64,000 bases of DNA from Deferribacterales bacterium (lineage in GTDB: Bacteria; Chrysiogenota; Deferribacteres; Deferribacterales; Geovibrionaceae). Numbering within the stretch: the stretch's first letter is position 1; every line of letters starts with the position of its first letter. Shown here one piece after another: positions 18,918-29,526 of this stretch. The stretch lies in NCBI GenBank assembly GCA_050251875.1, contig JBFWMA010000006.1, forward strand, positions 1-64,000. The letters are read 5' to 3'. Under the pieces are notes generated by a model. That model made no database searches. It had not been told where the DNA came from and saw nothing but the letters and a program-made list of their open reading frames with translations. The position numbers and the translations under genes are program-made.

Positions 18918-21563
18918 TTATTTCGCCATACGTCTCAACACATAGGCAAGTATGCCGCCGTGTTTGAAATATTCTATCTCAACATCGGTATCCAGACGGC
19001 AGAGAGCGTCAAACTGAATCTCTTTTCCGCCGGGTTTTTTCGCCGTAACTTTCATAACGGCTCTGGGTTTCACCTTGTCCAGTCCTGTGATGTCGAATGT
19101 CTCTGTGCCGTCAAGCCCCAGCCCTGCCCAGCTGTCGCCGTTCATGAACTGCATCGGCAGAACGCCCATACCCGCCAGGTTGCTTCTGTGGATACGCTCG
19201 AAGCTCTCCACTATAACAGCCTTAACACCGAGCAGAACAGTTCCCTTCGCCGCCCAGTCACGGGATGAGCCTGAACCGTATTCTTTTCCGCCCAGAATAA
19301 CAGTGGGAGTTCCCTCCGCTATATATTTCATGGCGGCATCGTAAATATAGGCGTCAGCGCCGTCAGGCATATGTTTTGTGAATCCGCCCTCTTTCGGGTC
19401 GGCTATTTTGTTTTTGATACGGACATTCGCCAGAGTACCTCTCATCATCACCTCGTGGTTGCCTCGTCTGGAACCGTATGAGTTGAAGTCGGCGGGTTTC
19501 ACGCCGTTCGCCTGAAGGTACTGTCCTGCCGGATAGTCGGCGGGGATTGATCCTGCGGGTGAGATGTGGTCTGTGGTGATGGTGTCGCCCAGCATACACA
19601 GAGGTCTCGCCCCGATAATGTCCTTCTTCGGCTCGATGGACAGAGAGAAATCCTCGAAGAACGGAGGTCTTCTGATATATGTGGATTTCGGCTGCCAGTC
19701 ATATATGCTTCCCTTGACACTGGGCAGGGATTTCCAGTTTTCGTCCCCTTCCAGAATCTCGGCATATCTGCTGCGGTACTGTTCTGTGGTAACGGATTTT
19801 TTCACCAGCGCCCACACATCTTCGTTAGCCGGCCACAGGTCTTTCATATAGACGTCTTTTCCGTCTTTTGATTTGCCCACCGGGTCTTTGTAAAGGTCAA
19901 TGTCCATAGTGCCCGCCAGAGCATAGATCACAACCAGCATGGGTGACGCCAGATAGTTCTGACGAATCAGCGGGTGAATCCTCGCCTCGAAGTTTCTGTT
20001 GCCGGAGAGAACGGCAGCCACGCTGAGCTTGTTCTCCTTAATGGCTTTCTCAAACTCAGGTCTGAGAGGTCCTGCGTTACCTATACATGTGGTACATCCG
20101 TAAGCCGCCAGATTGAACCCGATAGCGTCCAGATATTTGTCCACTCCCGCCTCTTTCAGATAGTCGGTGACAACTTTTGATCCGGGAGCGAGGCTGGTTT
20201 TGATATGCGGTTTCACACGCATACCCAGCTCCGCCGCCTTCTGAGCCACCATACCGGCGCCTATCATAACATAGGGGTTGGATGTGTTGGTGCAGGATGT
20301 GATAGCGGCGATCATAACATCGCTCTCTTTGATGGTTATCTTCTCTCCCTCTGAGTCAACCACAACGCTTCTGGCTTCGGGAACTTCTGTTTTCACAGTC
20401 TCTTTCACTTTGTCCAGATCGATATGCTGCTGGGGTTTTTTGGGACCTGCGATACATTTTTTCACTGTGGAGAGGTCGAGCTCGACCACTTTTGTATATT
20501 CGGGCTCTTCTCCGTCTTCATAGAAGAGCAGGTTTCTCTTGGCATAGTTTTCAACGAACTGCGCTGTCTCTTCTCTGTTAGACATGCGCATATATCTGAG
20601 AGTTTCGTCATCCACAGCGAAGAACGCCATGGTGGAGCCGAACTCAGGAGACATGTTGGATATGGTGGCACGGTCGGGCAGAGTGAGCGATTTTACGCCT
20701 TCGCCGTAGACCTCAACAAATTTCTCGACAACTTTGGTCTTACGCAGAAGCTCCGTGATGGCGAGCACCACGTCTGTTCCCGTAATACCTTCCGCTATCT
20801 TTCCGGTGAGCTTCAGACCGATAACCTCGGGGATAGGCATGTAATAAGGCTGACCGAGCATAACAGCCTCCGCCTCGATACCGCCCACGCCCCATCCCAG
20901 AACGCCGATGGAGTTAATCATGGTGGTGTGAGAGTCTGTACCGACAAGAGTATCGCAGATAGCGGTCTCTTCTCCGTTGAACTGCTGTCTGATGACAACC
21001 TGTCCCAGATATTCCAGATTCACCTGATGGCAGATACCGGATTTCGGGGGGACGATGCGCATGTTGTTAAAGCTCGCCTGAGCCCATTTGAGAAAAGCGT
21101 ATCTCTCGCCGTTGCGCTCGTATTCCAGCTTAACGTTTTTATCCAAGGCGTCAGGAGTGCCGTAATAGTCTATCTGCACGGAGTGGTCTACAATGAGATC
21201 CACAGGAACCAGAGGATTGATCATGGAGGCGTCTTTTCCCTTGTCCACCAGAGCATCTCTCATGGCGGCGAGGTCAACCACGCCGGGAACGCCTGTGTAG
21301 TCCTGCATGATAACCCTTGCCGGGTGATATGGTATCTCATAGGGAGACTCATAGGATTTTTTCCATCCGCCGAGCTCACGGACAGCGTCCTCCTTAACAA
21401 TGCTGCCGTCAAAATTTCTGACAAGGTTTTCCAGAAGTACCCTGATGGAATAAGGAAGTTTTTTGATATCCGCAATACCTGCCGCCTGAACTTTTTTCAG
21501 GTCGTAATAGGCGTAAGTTTTTCCGCCGAATTCAAAATGGCTTCGAAAATTGTCTCTGTTCAT
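18918..21563 (-). CDS. acnA: Aconitate hydratase A
   Basis: LPYSIRVLLEN, DHSVQ, GICHQVNLE, GTDSHTTM, AITSCTNTSNP, YGCTTCIGN, TTDHISPAG, GSSRDWAAKG. Confidence 0.98.
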   Translation of the reverse strand: MNRDNFRSHFEFGGKTYAYYDLKKVQAAGIADIKKLPYSIRVLLENLVRNFDGSIVKEDAVRELGGWKKSYESPYEIPYHPARVIMQDYTGVPGVVDLAAMRDALVDKGKDASMINPLVPVDLIVDHSVQIDYYGTPDALDKNVKLEYERNGERYAFLKWAQASFNNMRIVPPKSGICHQVNLEYLGQVVIRQQFNGEETAICDTLVGTDSHTTMINSIGVLGWGVGGIEAEAVMLGQPYYMPIPEVIGLKLTGKIAEGITGTDVVLAITELLRKTKVVEKFVEVYGEGVKSLTLPDRATISNMSPEFGSTMAFFAVDDETLRYMRMSNREETAQFVENYAKRNLLFYEDGEEPEYTKVVELDLSTVKKCIAGPKKPQQHIDLDKVKETVKTEVPEARSVVVDSEGEKITIKESDVMIAAITSCTNTSNPYVMIGAGMVAQKAAELGMRVKPHIKTSLAPGSKVVTDYLKEAGVDKYLDAIGFNLAAYGCTTCIGNAGPLRPEFEKAIKENKLSVAAVLSGNRNFEARIHPLIRQNYLASPMLVVIYALAGTMDIDLYKDPVGKSKDGKDVYMKDLWPANEDVWALVKKSVTTEQYRSRYAEILEGDENWKSLPSVKGSIYDWQPKSTYIRRPPFFEDFSLSIEPKKDIIGARPLCMLGDTITTDHISPAGSIPADYPAGQYLQANGVKPADFNSYGSRRGNHEVMMRGTLANVRIKNKIADPKEGGFTKHMPDGADAYIYDAAMKYIAEGTPTVILGGKEYGSGSSRDWAAKGTVLLGVKAVIVESFERIHRSNLAGMGVLPMQFMNGDSWAGLGLDGTETFDITGLDKVKPRAVMKVTAKKPGGKEIQFDALCRLDTDVEIEYFKHGGILAYVLRRMAK

Positions 21564-21664
21564 CCTGCGCTCCTTGTAATTAGATTCTCACATAATATAT
21601 TGTACTATGCAGAACCCAATTATCAATAAAAGGTTCGTGAAAAATACAAACAAAGCGGGATATA

Positions 21665-22123
21665 ATGAAAGCTCAGATACTGAAAAGGGAACAGACCCTG
21701 AACATCTCCATTGAAAAAGCATGGGATTTTTTCTCTTCACCCTCCAATCTGGCGGAGATAACCCCTTCCTGGCTCGATTTCCGGGTGATGTCGGACGTGC
21801 CGGAAAAGATGTATGAAGGGATGATAGTGCAGTACAACGTCCATCCGTTCTTTCACATCCCAGTGTGGTGGGTGACGGAGATAACACACGTCAGAGAGCC
21901 GTTTTTTTTTACCGATGAACAGCGGAAAGGTCCCTATGCCATGTGGCACCACGAACACCATTTCAAAGAGACGGACAAAGGCGTTCTAATGACTGATATC
22001 GTTAGCTATATTCTGCCTTTCGACATCATCGCCAGACCTCTTCTGGGGGGGATGATCCGAAACAGGCTGGAGGCGATATTTGACTATCGTTTCAATGTCT
22101 TAGCTGAGAAATTTACACTTTAA
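21665..22123 (+). CDS. SRPBCC (START-like) family protein
   Basis: WDFFSSPSNLAEITP, WVTEIT, FTDEQRKGPYAMWHHEH, IFDYR. Confidence 0.85.
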   Translation: MKAQILKREQTLNISIEKAWDFFSSPSNLAEITPSWLDFRVMSDVPEKMYEGMIVQYNVHPFFHIPVWWVTEITHVREPFFFTDEQRKGPYAMWHHEHHFKETDKGVLMTDIVSYILPFDIIARPLLGGMIRNRLEAIFDYRFNVLAEKFTL

Positions 22124-22178
22124 TAAAATAATAAATATTTTTAACGATTTCCTGACACGGCTACTGTAATTGGTAGTT

Positions 22179-24014
22179 ATGATTAAAACATCATCCCTGC
22201 CCGAGAAATGGCAGCAGAAACTACAGTTTGTTGAGCACGCTTTTCAGCCGATTATAAACCCGCTGAGCGGAAGACTTTTTGCTGTGGAAGCCCTCATCAG
22301 AGGCACAAACAAGGCTGGGTTCGAATCGATATTCGATTTCTTTGACGAGGCATACGAGGACGGCGTTCTTCTGGAGCTGGACATGGAGCTGCGCAGGAAA
22401 GCCGTTGAAAAATATACCGCCATCAGGGAATATTCCAAGATAAAGCTCTTCTACAACTTCGACATGCGCATCACGGAGATGTGCAACTATAAACCGGGCA
22501 TGTCCGGCATCATCATGCACGATTTCAGGCTGGACCCAGGCGTATTCTGTTTCGAAATCAGCGAACGCCACAAGATGAACGACAAAGGCATGAACTGTCT
22601 GCTGAACAGCGCCAAAACGTCCGGATGCAGGATCGCCATTGACGATTTCGGGTCAGGATTCGCAAATTTTGAGCTCTTCTATTTCAGCGAGCCGGACTAT
22701 ATCAAGCTGGACAGGTTCCTCATCTCTGACATAGACAAAGACGTCCGCAAAAGAAAATTCTGCTCCCACATAATAAACCTCGCCCACTTCTTCGGCATCA
22801 GCATCATAGCCGAGGGCGTGGAGACGGAGAAAGAGTTTATCGTCTGCCGGGATATGGGCGTTGACCTCATACAGGGATATTTCATCAGCAAACCCATGCT
22901 GGACACAGAACTGATTCAGCAGGTCTACACTGAAATAGACAACCTTTCGCGCAACAACCGCAGGAAGAATATGCAGGACTCGCACCTGATCTCATCCCAG
23001 ATGGTGAGCATCGACCCCATAGACGTGAACGGCACAATGGAAAAACTGCTGGAAAAGATCAGCAGCAAGCCGGACATGAACATTATCCCCGTGGTGGACG
23101 CAAACCTCCTCCCGCTGGGCATCATCAGCGAGAGCAATCTGAAACAGTATCTCTATAAGCCATACGGAAAAGAGCTGCTCTTCAACAAGAGCTATACGCC
23201 TTCCATCAAGAAATTCATGAAAAAATGCCCCTCCGCCGAGATAACCATTCCTCTGGAACAGATTCTGGAGATTTTCGTGGCATCTCCCGAATCAGAGGGG
23301 ATAATCATCACGCAGGATCTGAAATACAAAGGATTCATGACGGCTCAGTCCCTCCTGAACACTCTGAACGAAAAGAACCTCGCTTTCGCCAGAGATATGA
23401 ACCCCCTGACTAAGCTGGCGGGAAACAATCTGATAAACGACTATCTGAACAAGGCGTTCAGGGATGTCGATGCTTCATACGTCTTTGTCTACTTCGATTT
23501 TGACAATTTCAAACCGTTCAATGACAGATTCGGTTTCCGCATCGGCGACAGGGCGATCAGCATGTTCGCCGATATACTCAGAGACAGAATCATCACTCAG
23601 GGCTCTTTCATAGGTCACATCGGCGGGGACGACTTCTTCTGCGGAGTGTCCTGCACCAGCTCGGAGCCGGACTGCTGTATCAACGTGGTGGGCAAGATAA
23701 ACCAGATTATAAAGGATTTTTCGGACTCAGCCTCCGCTTTCTTTGACGCGAAAGAGGTGATGGCGGGCAAATACACCGCAAAAGACAGAAGCGGCGAGAT
23801 AAAAGATTTCTCTCTGCTCAGCGTCAGCGCCGCCATAATCCGTCTGCCCGAGGGCAAAAGGGACTCTACCTCGGACGAGCTCAGCAACATACTGGCAAAA
23901 ATGAAGAAAGAAGCGAAACAGTCAGAAACGAAAACGGCTTTCATCGATCTGGGCTCAAACATGACAGTGGACACCGAGATCAACATCAGGCTCAATAAAG
24001 CTATCGTTCAATAA
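22179..24014 (+). CDS. EAL-CBS-GGDEF c-di-GMP turnover protein
   Basis: FQPI, VEALIR, FEISE, IAIDDFGSG, IKLDR, AEGVET, QGY; CBS-like pair; NPLTKLAGN, DFDNFKPFND, HIGGDDF. Confidence 0.92.
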   Translation: MIKTSSLPEKWQQKLQFVEHAFQPIINPLSGRLFAVEALIRGTNKAGFESIFDFFDEAYEDGVLLELDMELRRKAVEKYTAIREYSKIKLFYNFDMRITEMCNYKPGMSGIIMHDFRLDPGVFCFEISERHKMNDKGMNCLLNSAKTSGCRIAIDDFGSGFANFELFYFSEPDYIKLDRFLISDIDKDVRKRKFCSHIINLAHFFGISIIAEGVETEKEFIVCRDMGVDLIQGYFISKPMLDTELIQQVYTEIDNLSRNNRRKNMQDSHLISSQMVSIDPIDVNGTMEKLLEKISSKPDMNIIPVVDANLLPLGIISESNLKQYLYKPYGKELLFNKSYTPSIKKFMKKCPSAEITIPLEQILEIFVASPESEGIIITQDLKYKGFMTAQSLLNTLNEKNLAFARDMNPLTKLAGNNLINDYLNKAFRDVDASYVFVYFDFDNFKPFNDRFGFRIGDRAISMFADILRDRIITQGSFIGHIGGDDFFCGVSCTSSEPDCCINVVGKINQIIKDFSDSASAFFDAKEVMAGKYTAKDRSGEIKDFSLLSVSAAIIRLPEGKRDSTSDELSNILAKMKKEAKQSETKTAFIDLGSNMTVDTEINIRLNKAIVQ

Positions 24015-24128
24015 CCCCTTGCGCAATACCCGTTATCTTCTGTATAATTTTATTTCCGATTTTAAGACTTTTTCAGTTTTATTTTACAAAAAAATCTAAT
24101 ATATATAACTTCTCATGGAGGTGCGGCT

Positions 24129-25769
24129 ATGTCAGAAGTAATCATAGTAGGACACAAGAACCCCGACAGCGACTCCGTCTGCTCCGCTTACGGATATGCC
24201 ATGCTCAAGAACAGCCTGAATGACGGCTTAAAATATATTCCCGCCAGATGCGGAAACCTGAACAAACAGACCAGATACATCTTCGACCGCTTCGGTGCCG
24301 ACGTGCCTAAATTCATCGGCGATGTATATCCGAAGGTCAGAGACGTGATGACTCACAAAGTTATCGCCATAGACGAAAACGACCCCATCAAAGGCGTTCT
24401 GAAAAACATCGAAGAGCTGAAGATCCGCATCACGCCCGTCACATCCGGCGGAACCATGCTGAAAGGCGTCATCAGCATCTTTGAGATAGCTCACTTCTTC
24501 ACCCCGGAAGACCCTTCCAAAAGACCCGTATACAGATTCAGAGGCTCCAACTTCGAAAAATCAGTCAAAGGCTTCACATATATCAGAGGCGAAAAAGACG
24601 AGTTCGATGCCGGGTTCATGGTGGGCGCCATGCCCTATGAGCGTTTTGCAGAGCGCATGGAAACCATAGACAAGGAACAGACCATCCTGATAGTCGGCAA
24701 GAGAAGGGACATAATAGAATACGCCGTGAAAAACGGACTCCCCGCCATCGTCCTCACAGGTATCAGAGGCGAAACCGACATAGATATGGATTTCACAGGC
24801 TACAAGGGCTGGGTATACATATCCGAGCTGGACACAGCGGAAACCCTGAGAAACCTTCAGCTCAGCATCCCGGCGAAAACATTCATGAACAACTCCGTTC
24901 CCACACTGAACGAAGACGACTATCTGGACGCCGCCGGCGATGTGCTGATGAGCGTGGATCACAAAGGTCTCCCCGTGACAGCGGACGGCAGACTGATAGG
25001 TATTCTCACCCGTTCAGACATCATCAAAAAACCTCAGAAAGAGCTGATTCTCATGGACCACAACGAGCTGTCGCAGGCTGTTGACGGCGCAGAAACAGCG
25101 AAAATAGTCGAGATAGTGGATCACCACAGACTTGGAACAATAAAGACAAAAACACCCATACATTTCTTCGCAAAACCCGTGGGCAGCACCTGCACACTGG
25201 TATATCAGCTGTATCAGATCAGCGGCACAGCGCCGGATAAGCTCACCGCTTCCATCCTGCTCTCCGGGATACTCTCAGACACGGTTATTCTGAAATCCCC
25301 CACCACCACCAGACAGGACGAGGAAGCAGTAAAAGCTCTGGCAGAGCTGGCGGAGCTGGACTATAACCATTACGGCGTGGAGATGTTCTCATCCACCGAC
25401 AGCCTGAAATCCAGAGATCCCAAAGACGTTCTGAACACAGACTTCAAAGTTTTTGTAGAATATGGAAAATCAGTCGGCATCGGTCAGGTGGAGGTGGTGA
25501 ACCTCGAAGAGCTGGACGAAGCGAAAGACGGTCTTTATAAAGCGATAGAAGACGCCAGAAAAGAGAAAGATCTGTCATGGTGCATGCTTCTGGTGACAGA
25601 TATCATCAGAGAGGAATCAGTTCTGCTCACCAGCGGATTTGAGCCCGGCGAGAGACTTCTTTCATATAAACAGTCAGGTGTTAAGAGATTCTATCTGCCC
25701 GGCGTGCTGTCCCGTAAAAAACAGCTTCTGCCCGAGGTATTAAGAGTTCTGGAAGAGCTGGCTGAGTAA
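24129..25769 (+). CDS. ppaC: Family II Mn-dependent inorganic pyrophosphatase with a CBS-DRTGG regulatory insert
   Basis: GHKNPDSDS, DHNE, DHH, VGSTCT, SDTVILKSPTTT, SRKKQ; about 230-aa CBS/DRTGG insertion. Confidence 0.93.
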   Translation: MSEVIIVGHKNPDSDSVCSAYGYAMLKNSLNDGLKYIPARCGNLNKQTRYIFDRFGADVPKFIGDVYPKVRDVMTHKVIAIDENDPIKGVLKNIEELKIRITPVTSGGTMLKGVISIFEIAHFFTPEDPSKRPVYRFRGSNFEKSVKGFTYIRGEKDEFDAGFMVGAMPYERFAERMETIDKEQTILIVGKRRDIIEYAVKNGLPAIVLTGIRGETDIDMDFTGYKGWVYISELDTAETLRNLQLSIPAKTFMNNSVPTLNEDDYLDAAGDVLMSVDHKGLPVTADGRLIGILTRSDIIKKPQKELILMDHNELSQAVDGAETAKIVEIVDHHRLGTIKTKTPIHFFAKPVGSTCTLVYQLYQISGTAPDKLTASILLSGILSDTVILKSPTTTRQDEEAVKALAELAELDYNHYGVEMFSSTDSLKSRDPKDVLNTDFKVFVEYGKSVGIGQVEVVNLEELDEAKDGLYKAIEDARKEKDLSWCMLLVTDIIREESVLLTSGFEPGERLLSYKQSGVKRFYLPGVLSRKKQLLPEVLRVLEELAE

Positions 25770-25771
25770 TC

Positions 25772-27382
25772 TCAGTCGGCATGCAGGGGAATATTGATGG
25801 AGAGCACGGCGCCGTTGGGCAGTGATGCCGCTGTGAGACTGCCGTTCAGGTGTTCTTCCACTATAACCTTTGACATATACAGCCCGATTCCGGAGCCTGT
25901 CTCTTTTGTGGAGAAATAGGGTTCGAATATTTTATTCACCAGATCGCTTCTGATGCCCACCCCGTTATCCGCAACCTGTATATTCAGCATATGGTTGTCT
26001 GTAGCCAGATGAAGTTTTATAACGCCTGACGGGTTGCCCGATTCGGCTATGGCGTCCACAGAGTTGTTCAGCAGGTTGATTATCACCTGTTTGAACTCGG
26101 CGGGAACACCGCTGACATACACTTGTCTGGCGCTGTCCAGCAGCCCGTAAACCCCGTAATCTTTAGAAGAAAGATGCTGTCCCGCTGTGCTGTAGTCCAG
26201 CTGAAAGGATATTCCGTATTTTTTGAACTGTGCCGTCTGGAGAGAATATACCTCCTGAAGCACCTTCGATACCTCAAACTTTTCCGCTCCGTGCCCGCTC
26301 TGAAAGAAACTGCGCAGATCGTCCATAGTGTTGGATATGGTTCTGATGAGATCCATAGAGTCTCTGGTTAGTTCCTTGATATAGTTTTCGTCCAGATCCC
26401 CCGCCTGATAGGCGTCTTCCAGGTCTTCTATGTTTATCCCCAGAGCGCTCAGCGGCTGACGCCACTGGTGGGCGATGGCGCTGATCATCTGCCCCATAGC
26501 GAGGAAGCGTGACTGCTCGAAAATGATCTGTTCGTTCTTCTTTCTCTTGTCGGTCTCTTCCACAACGGCTTTCGCCAGCTCCAGGTTGAGAAGCTCCAGC
26601 TCTTTCTGCTTGTCCTTCAGCTTCTTTTCCACCTCTATCTGCTCAGTGATGTCGTGAAAGATATGCACCATGCTTCCGGTGGGAAGTTTATACAGATAGG
26701 TGTTGAACCAGCCGTGTATAACGTCATCCTCGTAATACAGACAGTCCATGCGCATGGGCTCGGATGTTTCCTCGACAGTTTTCAGAGCCGCTGTGAAGCC
26801 GTAAGTATCCGCATTGACATACACAGACGCCATGGGTCGTCCGATGATCTCTTCTCTGGCTCTTTTCAGAAGGAGACAGGCGGCGTTGTTCACCTCGGTG
26901 ATTATGTATGTGCTGCCGAACTCCACAAGGTCATAAACGGCGACTCCGCTGGTCATGTTGTTGAAAAGTTCTTTATATTTCAGCTCGCTCTGCTTCACGG
27001 ACATATCGTTTCTGTGTTTGTGCAGCGCCAGCTCGATGGTTGTCTGAAGGGTGGATTCGTCATACGGCGAATAGATATAGCCGTAATGGTTGGTTTTCAT
27101 GGTCTGATAGAGTGTGCGGCTGTTGATCGCCTCGGTGAAATATATCACCGGAACGCTGTACTCCGCCTGAATGAGCGATGCTTTGGCGATGATGTTTTTA
27201 TCAGCGTATACCGACATGTCCACAATGAGGGCGTCCGGCATAAACTGCTCCACGCCGCTGCGGATATCGTCATCTCTGAAGCTGTATTTCCTGACGGAAT
27301 ATGTCAGTCCCTTCAGAGTGTTCTCCAGATTGCCGGTCGCTCCCGGCTTGGATTCTATGATCATGATGTTTCTTTTTTTCAT
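25772..27382 (-). CDS. Cytoplasmic histidine kinase: atypical receiver-PAS-HisKA-HATPase
   Basis: N-terminal REC-like fold, PAS (YKELFNNM...VNNAA), AHQWRQPL, NLLNNSVDA, DNGVGI, GSGIGL. Confidence 0.88.
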   Translation of the reverse strand: MKKRNIMIIESKPGATGNLENTLKGLTYSVRKYSFRDDDIRSGVEQFMPDALIVDMSVYADKNIIAKASLIQAEYSVPVIYFTEAINSRTLYQTMKTNHYGYIYSPYDESTLQTTIELALHKHRNDMSVKQSELKYKELFNNMTSGVAVYDLVEFGSTYIITEVNNAACLLLKRAREEIIGRPMASVYVNADTYGFTAALKTVEETSEPMRMDCLYYEDDVIHGWFNTYLYKLPTGSMVHIFHDITEQIEVEKKLKDKQKELELLNLELAKAVVEETDKRKKNEQIIFEQSRFLAMGQMISAIAHQWRQPLSALGINIEDLEDAYQAGDLDENYIKELTRDSMDLIRTISNTMDDLRSFFQSGHGAEKFEVSKVLQEVYSLQTAQFKKYGISFQLDYSTAGQHLSSKDYGVYGLLDSARQVYVSGVPAEFKQVIINLLNNSVDAIAESGNPSGVIKLHLATDNHMLNIQVADNGVGIRSDLVNKIFEPYFSTKETGSGIGLYMSKVIVEEHLNGSLTAASLPNGAVLSINIPLHAD

Positions 27383-27386
27383 TTCA

Positions 27387-27695
27387 TCAGCCTATTTCTT
27401 TTTTCACATTGAACATCGCCGTCAGATTGAGATCTTCCAGCAGATCATAGAGTCTTTCCGAATGAACCACGATTGTCAGCTTTATACCATCCGCGTGTAT
27501 TATCTTGGTGAAATATCCGATGAGAGAAGAAGTGATAATCATAGAATCCGCAATATCTACAGTAAGATATTTCTCACCCGTATCGATGAACTCCTGAATA
27601 CTCTTCCGGATTTCACTATAGTTATCAAGAGATTTCACATCTCCGGTGATTATTATCCTGTTTTTATCTGCAAATTCGATCTTCATCCTGAACAC
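27387..27695 (-). CDS. STAS-domain (anti-anti-sigma-like) protein
   Basis: About 100 aa; ITGDV...VDIADSMIITSSLIG (phosphoserine region)...LLEDLNLTAMF. Confidence 0.7.
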   Translation of the reverse strand: MFRMKIEFADKNRIIITGDVKSLDNYSEIRKSIQEFIDTGEKYLTVDIADSMIITSSLIGYFTKIIHADGIKLTIVVHSERLYDLLEDLNLTAMFNVKKEIG

Positions 27696-27799
27696 CCGGT
27701 AAAAAATGACGAATTTATTTTTGATTTTTTATCTAGCTTATTATAGACTAAAGCAGATTAAATTTCATCAACGTTTTAAATAAATACTACGGATATTCA

Positions 27800-29488
27800 A
27801 TGACAGAATCATCAATGATCAAAGATCTTATGAAAGAGCTGACAGTCCTGGTGGTGGATGACGAGGCTCTGGCTCTGGAATATCTGGGGGCAAAACTCTC
27901 CAGAAGTTTCAAGCATGTCATAAAAGCGTCTGACGGCACAGAGGGTCTGGACGCCTTCCGTTTCAGCTATCCTGATCTGATCATCACAGACAACCGCATG
28001 GGCAACATGGACGGCATAGAGATGATCAAAGAGATCAGGAAAGAGAACAAAGACGTCCCCATCATCCTCGTCACCGCTTACACTGAGAAAGACGCTCTGG
28101 TGGAGGCTATCAACAACGGCGTTAACCAGTTTCTCTCCAAACCCATAGACGCCAGACAGATGAACTCCGCCATAGAAAAATCTTTGCAGTCCATAGTAAA
28201 CACACGTCTGTATGAAAAAAATATCAAGCAGGAACTCGAACTGCTGAAATATCAGGAGAAATATCACTCTCAGCAGGAGCTGAACGCCTTTAAAAAAGAG
28301 CTCAGCCTTATTCAGAATGATATTTTTCTTCAGAAATTCAACGTCAGAAACGCCTTCGATGACTGCTATGACGTATATCTGAACATCTTCTACAAACCGC
28401 TGGACGTACTCAGCGGCGATATATATTCCATCAGAAAACTCACAGACGGATCACTGCTGATATTTCTGGCGGACTCCATGGGCAAGGGGCTCTCCGCCTC
28501 TGTTACGTCCATCCTGACATCCGCCCACATGAACCACATCATCGACACGGAAAAAGAGATCGTGGCAGGTCCTCTGGAACACACCATCAGGATATTCAAC
28601 AACTACATCAAGGGTATTCTGCTGGATGACGAAATCCTCTCCATCATCTTCATGAAGATCAACTTCGAAAAGGAGATAATGGAATACGCCGGTTTCAGCT
28701 CGCCGCCCATCTTTCTGAAAGAAGCGGACGGGTCAACCAGAGCCGTTAAATGCAACAACCCTCCCCTGACAAAATATATGTCCGCCATCCGCACCGACTC
28801 AGTGGATATCCGCAGCGTAAAAGGCATAATGGCGATAACCGATGGTCTTTACGAGTGTAAGAATGACGAAGGTCAGACCATGGTAACCCGTGTGGCGGAA
28901 GGTTTCAGCGAATCCGCCATGAAGACCGATTTCCACAAATATGTCGGGCGGTTCATGCAGACTCCGGAAGACGATATCTCCTGCATCCACATAACAAAAG
29001 TGGACGAATGTCTGCTGTCCGGCAAAACATTCAGCATAGAATCCAACCTTACGAATGTTGGAAAAGCCATCGAATGGGCGGAGGAATGTTTTAACTGTCT
29101 CACAGACGATTTCGAAACGGTAAGCATGCTTACCCTCGCCTACACTGAGATGATAATGAACGCTTTCGAACATTCCGTTCTGGAGCTGGACAACCGGAAA
29201 AAATATATGATGATTAATCAGGGCACATACGATGACTATATCGCCGCCGCCGTGAGCGAAAAAATCATCACCACCACCATTGGTCTTCAGCCACTCTGGG
29301 ACAAGAGGGCTATCTACATCAAGATAGAGGACGAAGGAAAAGGATTTAACCCCCATATCCTGAAAACCTGGATGTATGACAGAGAAAAGAGCGATGGAAA
29401 AGGCATCAAGATTTCAAGAAGGATAACGGACGAGATATACTATGCCAAACAGGGCACGCAGTCGGTTATCATCAGGGTTCTGGACTAA
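27800..29488 (+). CDS. Response regulator fused to PP2C/SpoIIE phosphatase and RsbW-like HATPase
   Basis: REC VLVVDD..ITD..VTA..SKP; PP2C LSGDIY, ADSMGKG, TDGLYE, EDDI; HATPase EMIMNAFEH, DEGKGF, GKGI. Confidence 0.88.
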   Translation: MTESSMIKDLMKELTVLVVDDEALALEYLGAKLSRSFKHVIKASDGTEGLDAFRFSYPDLIITDNRMGNMDGIEMIKEIRKENKDVPIILVTAYTEKDALVEAINNGVNQFLSKPIDARQMNSAIEKSLQSIVNTRLYEKNIKQELELLKYQEKYHSQQELNAFKKELSLIQNDIFLQKFNVRNAFDDCYDVYLNIFYKPLDVLSGDIYSIRKLTDGSLLIFLADSMGKGLSASVTSILTSAHMNHIIDTEKEIVAGPLEHTIRIFNNYIKGILLDDEILSIIFMKINFEKEIMEYAGFSSPPIFLKEADGSTRAVKCNNPPLTKYMSAIRTDSVDIRSVKGIMAITDGLYECKNDEGQTMVTRVAEGFSESAMKTDFHKYVGRFMQTPEDDISCIHITKVDECLLSGKTFSIESNLTNVGKAIEWAEECFNCLTDDFETVSMLTLAYTEMIMNAFEHSVLELDNRKKYMMINQGTYDDYIAAAVSEKIITTTIGLQPLWDKRAIYIKIEDEGKGFNPHILKTWMYDREKSDGKGIKISRRITDEIYYAKQGTQSVIIRVLD

Positions 29489-29490
29489 AT

Positions 29491-29516
29491 AAAAAAGGCG
29501 GTCTTTCGACCGCCTT
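29491..29516 (-). terminator. Rho-independent terminator between convergent genes
   Basis: AAAAAAGGCGGTC-TTTC-GACCGCCTT. Confidence 0.8.
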
Positions 29517-29526
29517 CTCTTTATCA

